A DNA stretch of 63,265 nt, filler included, from Chiloscyllium plagiosum (taxonomy: Eukaryota): the NCBI RefSeq assembly GCF_004010195.1. It is 4 parts of one record of this genome, joined end to end, with 100 filler letters (N's around TTAATTAATTAA, not from the genome) between each part and the next. Parts side by side here need not be neighbours in the genome. Positions count along the whole stretch, not along the records: positions 58,317 to 63,265 come from NC_057716.1; 3 more parts are not named here. One strand, given 5' to 3'. Position 1 is the stretch's first letter. Each line of letters starts with the position of its first letter. Of this stretch, positions 61,950 to 63,265 are shown in pieces. The position numbers were made by a program, and so were the translations under genes. The notes beneath the pieces were generated by a model. It was not told where the DNA came from and did not search any database. It saw only the letters and a program-made list of their open reading frames with translations.

Positions 61950-63265
61950 AACACATTTTCAACGCAATGAGTATCAGAAACAAGAGAGATGAACTTAGAG
62001 CATGGATCAGTACTTGGGGCTACGATGTTGTGGCCATAACGGAGACGTGGGTTTCACTGGGGCAGGAATGGTTGCTGGATGTTCCAGGGTTTAGAATATT
62101 TAAAAAGATCAGGGAGGGTGGAAAAAGAAGAGGGGGTGTAGCATTGTTAACCAGAGAGTGCATCACAGCTACAGAAATGAAGGTTGTTGAGGAAGGTTTG
62201 TCTACTGAGTCAGTATGGGTGGAAGTTAGGAACAGCAAGGGAACAGCCACCGCATTGGGGGTTTTAACAAACCCCATAATAGCAGTAGAGAGATTGAGGA
62301 TCTCATAGGCCGGCAGATTCTGGAAAAATGCAGATGTAGCAGGGTTGTTGTTATGGGTGATTTCAACTTTCCCAATATCGACTGGAACCTCCTTAGTGCA
62401 GATGGTTTGGATGGAGCCGTTCTGTCAGGTGTGTTCAGGAGGGTTTCCTTACTCAGTACGTAGACAGACCGACGAGGGCAGAGGCCATTTTGGATTTGGT
62501 GCTCGCAGTACGTAGACAGGCCGACGAGGGGAGAGACCATTTTGGATTTGGTGCTCGGCAACGAGCTTTACAGGTGTCAGATCGCGGTGGGAGAACACTT
62601 TGGTGACAGTGATCACAACTGCCTCACATTCACCATAGCCTTGGACAGTGACAGGAGCAGTTACCAAGGGAAGATATTTCATTGGGGCAAAGCAAATTAT
62701 GACGCAATTGGACAGGAGTTTGGAAGTACAGACTGGGAGCAATTGTTCCACAGAAAGGGCACAGCAGACATGTGGAGACTATTTAAGGAGCAGTTGTTGT
62801 GAGTAATGCATGAATTTGTTCCTCTGAGACAGGTAAGAAGGGGTAAGATTAAGGAGCCTTGGATGAGAACAGAGGAGCTTCTCGTCAAAAGGAAGAAGGC
62901 AGCTTACGGAAGGTGGAGGAAGCAAGGATCTAGCACAGCTTTAGAGGATTACAGACTTGCCAGAAAGGAGTTCAGAAATGGACTGAGGAGAGCCAGGAAG
63001 GGACATGAAAAAGGCTTGGCAAGAAGGATTAGGGAGAACCTAAAGATGTTTTAACTCATATGTGAGGAATAAGAGAATGCTCAGTGAGCAGGTAGGGCCA
63101 ATCAGGGATAACGGAGGGAACATGTGCGTGGAGTCTGAGCAGATACGGGAAGCCCTAAATGAGATTTTTGCTTCGGTTTTCACCAAGGAAAGGGGACTTG
63201 TTATAAATGAAAACTTAGAGGAGCTGGGATACAGTCTTGACCAGATCAAGATTAATGAAGTTGAT
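61950..63265 (+). mobile_element. CR1 LINE ORF2 N-terminal part (AP endonuclease), frameshifted; runs off the window end
   Basis: SIRNKRDEL, DVVAITETW, GGVALL, MGDFNFP, LDLVL, GDSDHN, HWGKANY, EPWM. Confidence 0.92.

Overview
Eukaryotic, repeat-dense genomic DNA, most likely from a shark or other elasmobranch (inferred from HE1-type tRNA SINEs, HER1/CR1 LINE tails and a Deu-type SINE). The only host gene I can support is CSRNP3 on the minus strand: its last two coding exons (43397-43693 and 41725-42807), a probable long TE-free 3' UTR, and a large upstream intron running to the end of the window. Nearly everything else is nested, mostly decayed mobile DNA. This includes many CR1 LINE fragments, two L1/Tx1-type elements, several Penelope-like elements (PLEs; RT plus GIY-YIG), three solo LTRs with target-site duplications (TSDs), Gypsy gag and integrase relics, a fragmented Ty1/Copia element of probable GalEa type, SINEs and one TA-flanked MITE. 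The most notable unannotated signal is about a dozen ultra-minimal hammerhead ribozyme motifs (CUGANGA...GAAA-CG/GC-UH) from three PLE families. Several sit in 85-250 bp non-coding cassettes with 12-15 bp TSDs, and two are palindromic. Three TTAATTAATTAA linkers inside 100-bp N gaps are assembly artefacts. Repeat boundaries without a TSD are approximate, and all family calls are from motif recognition by eye, not database searches.
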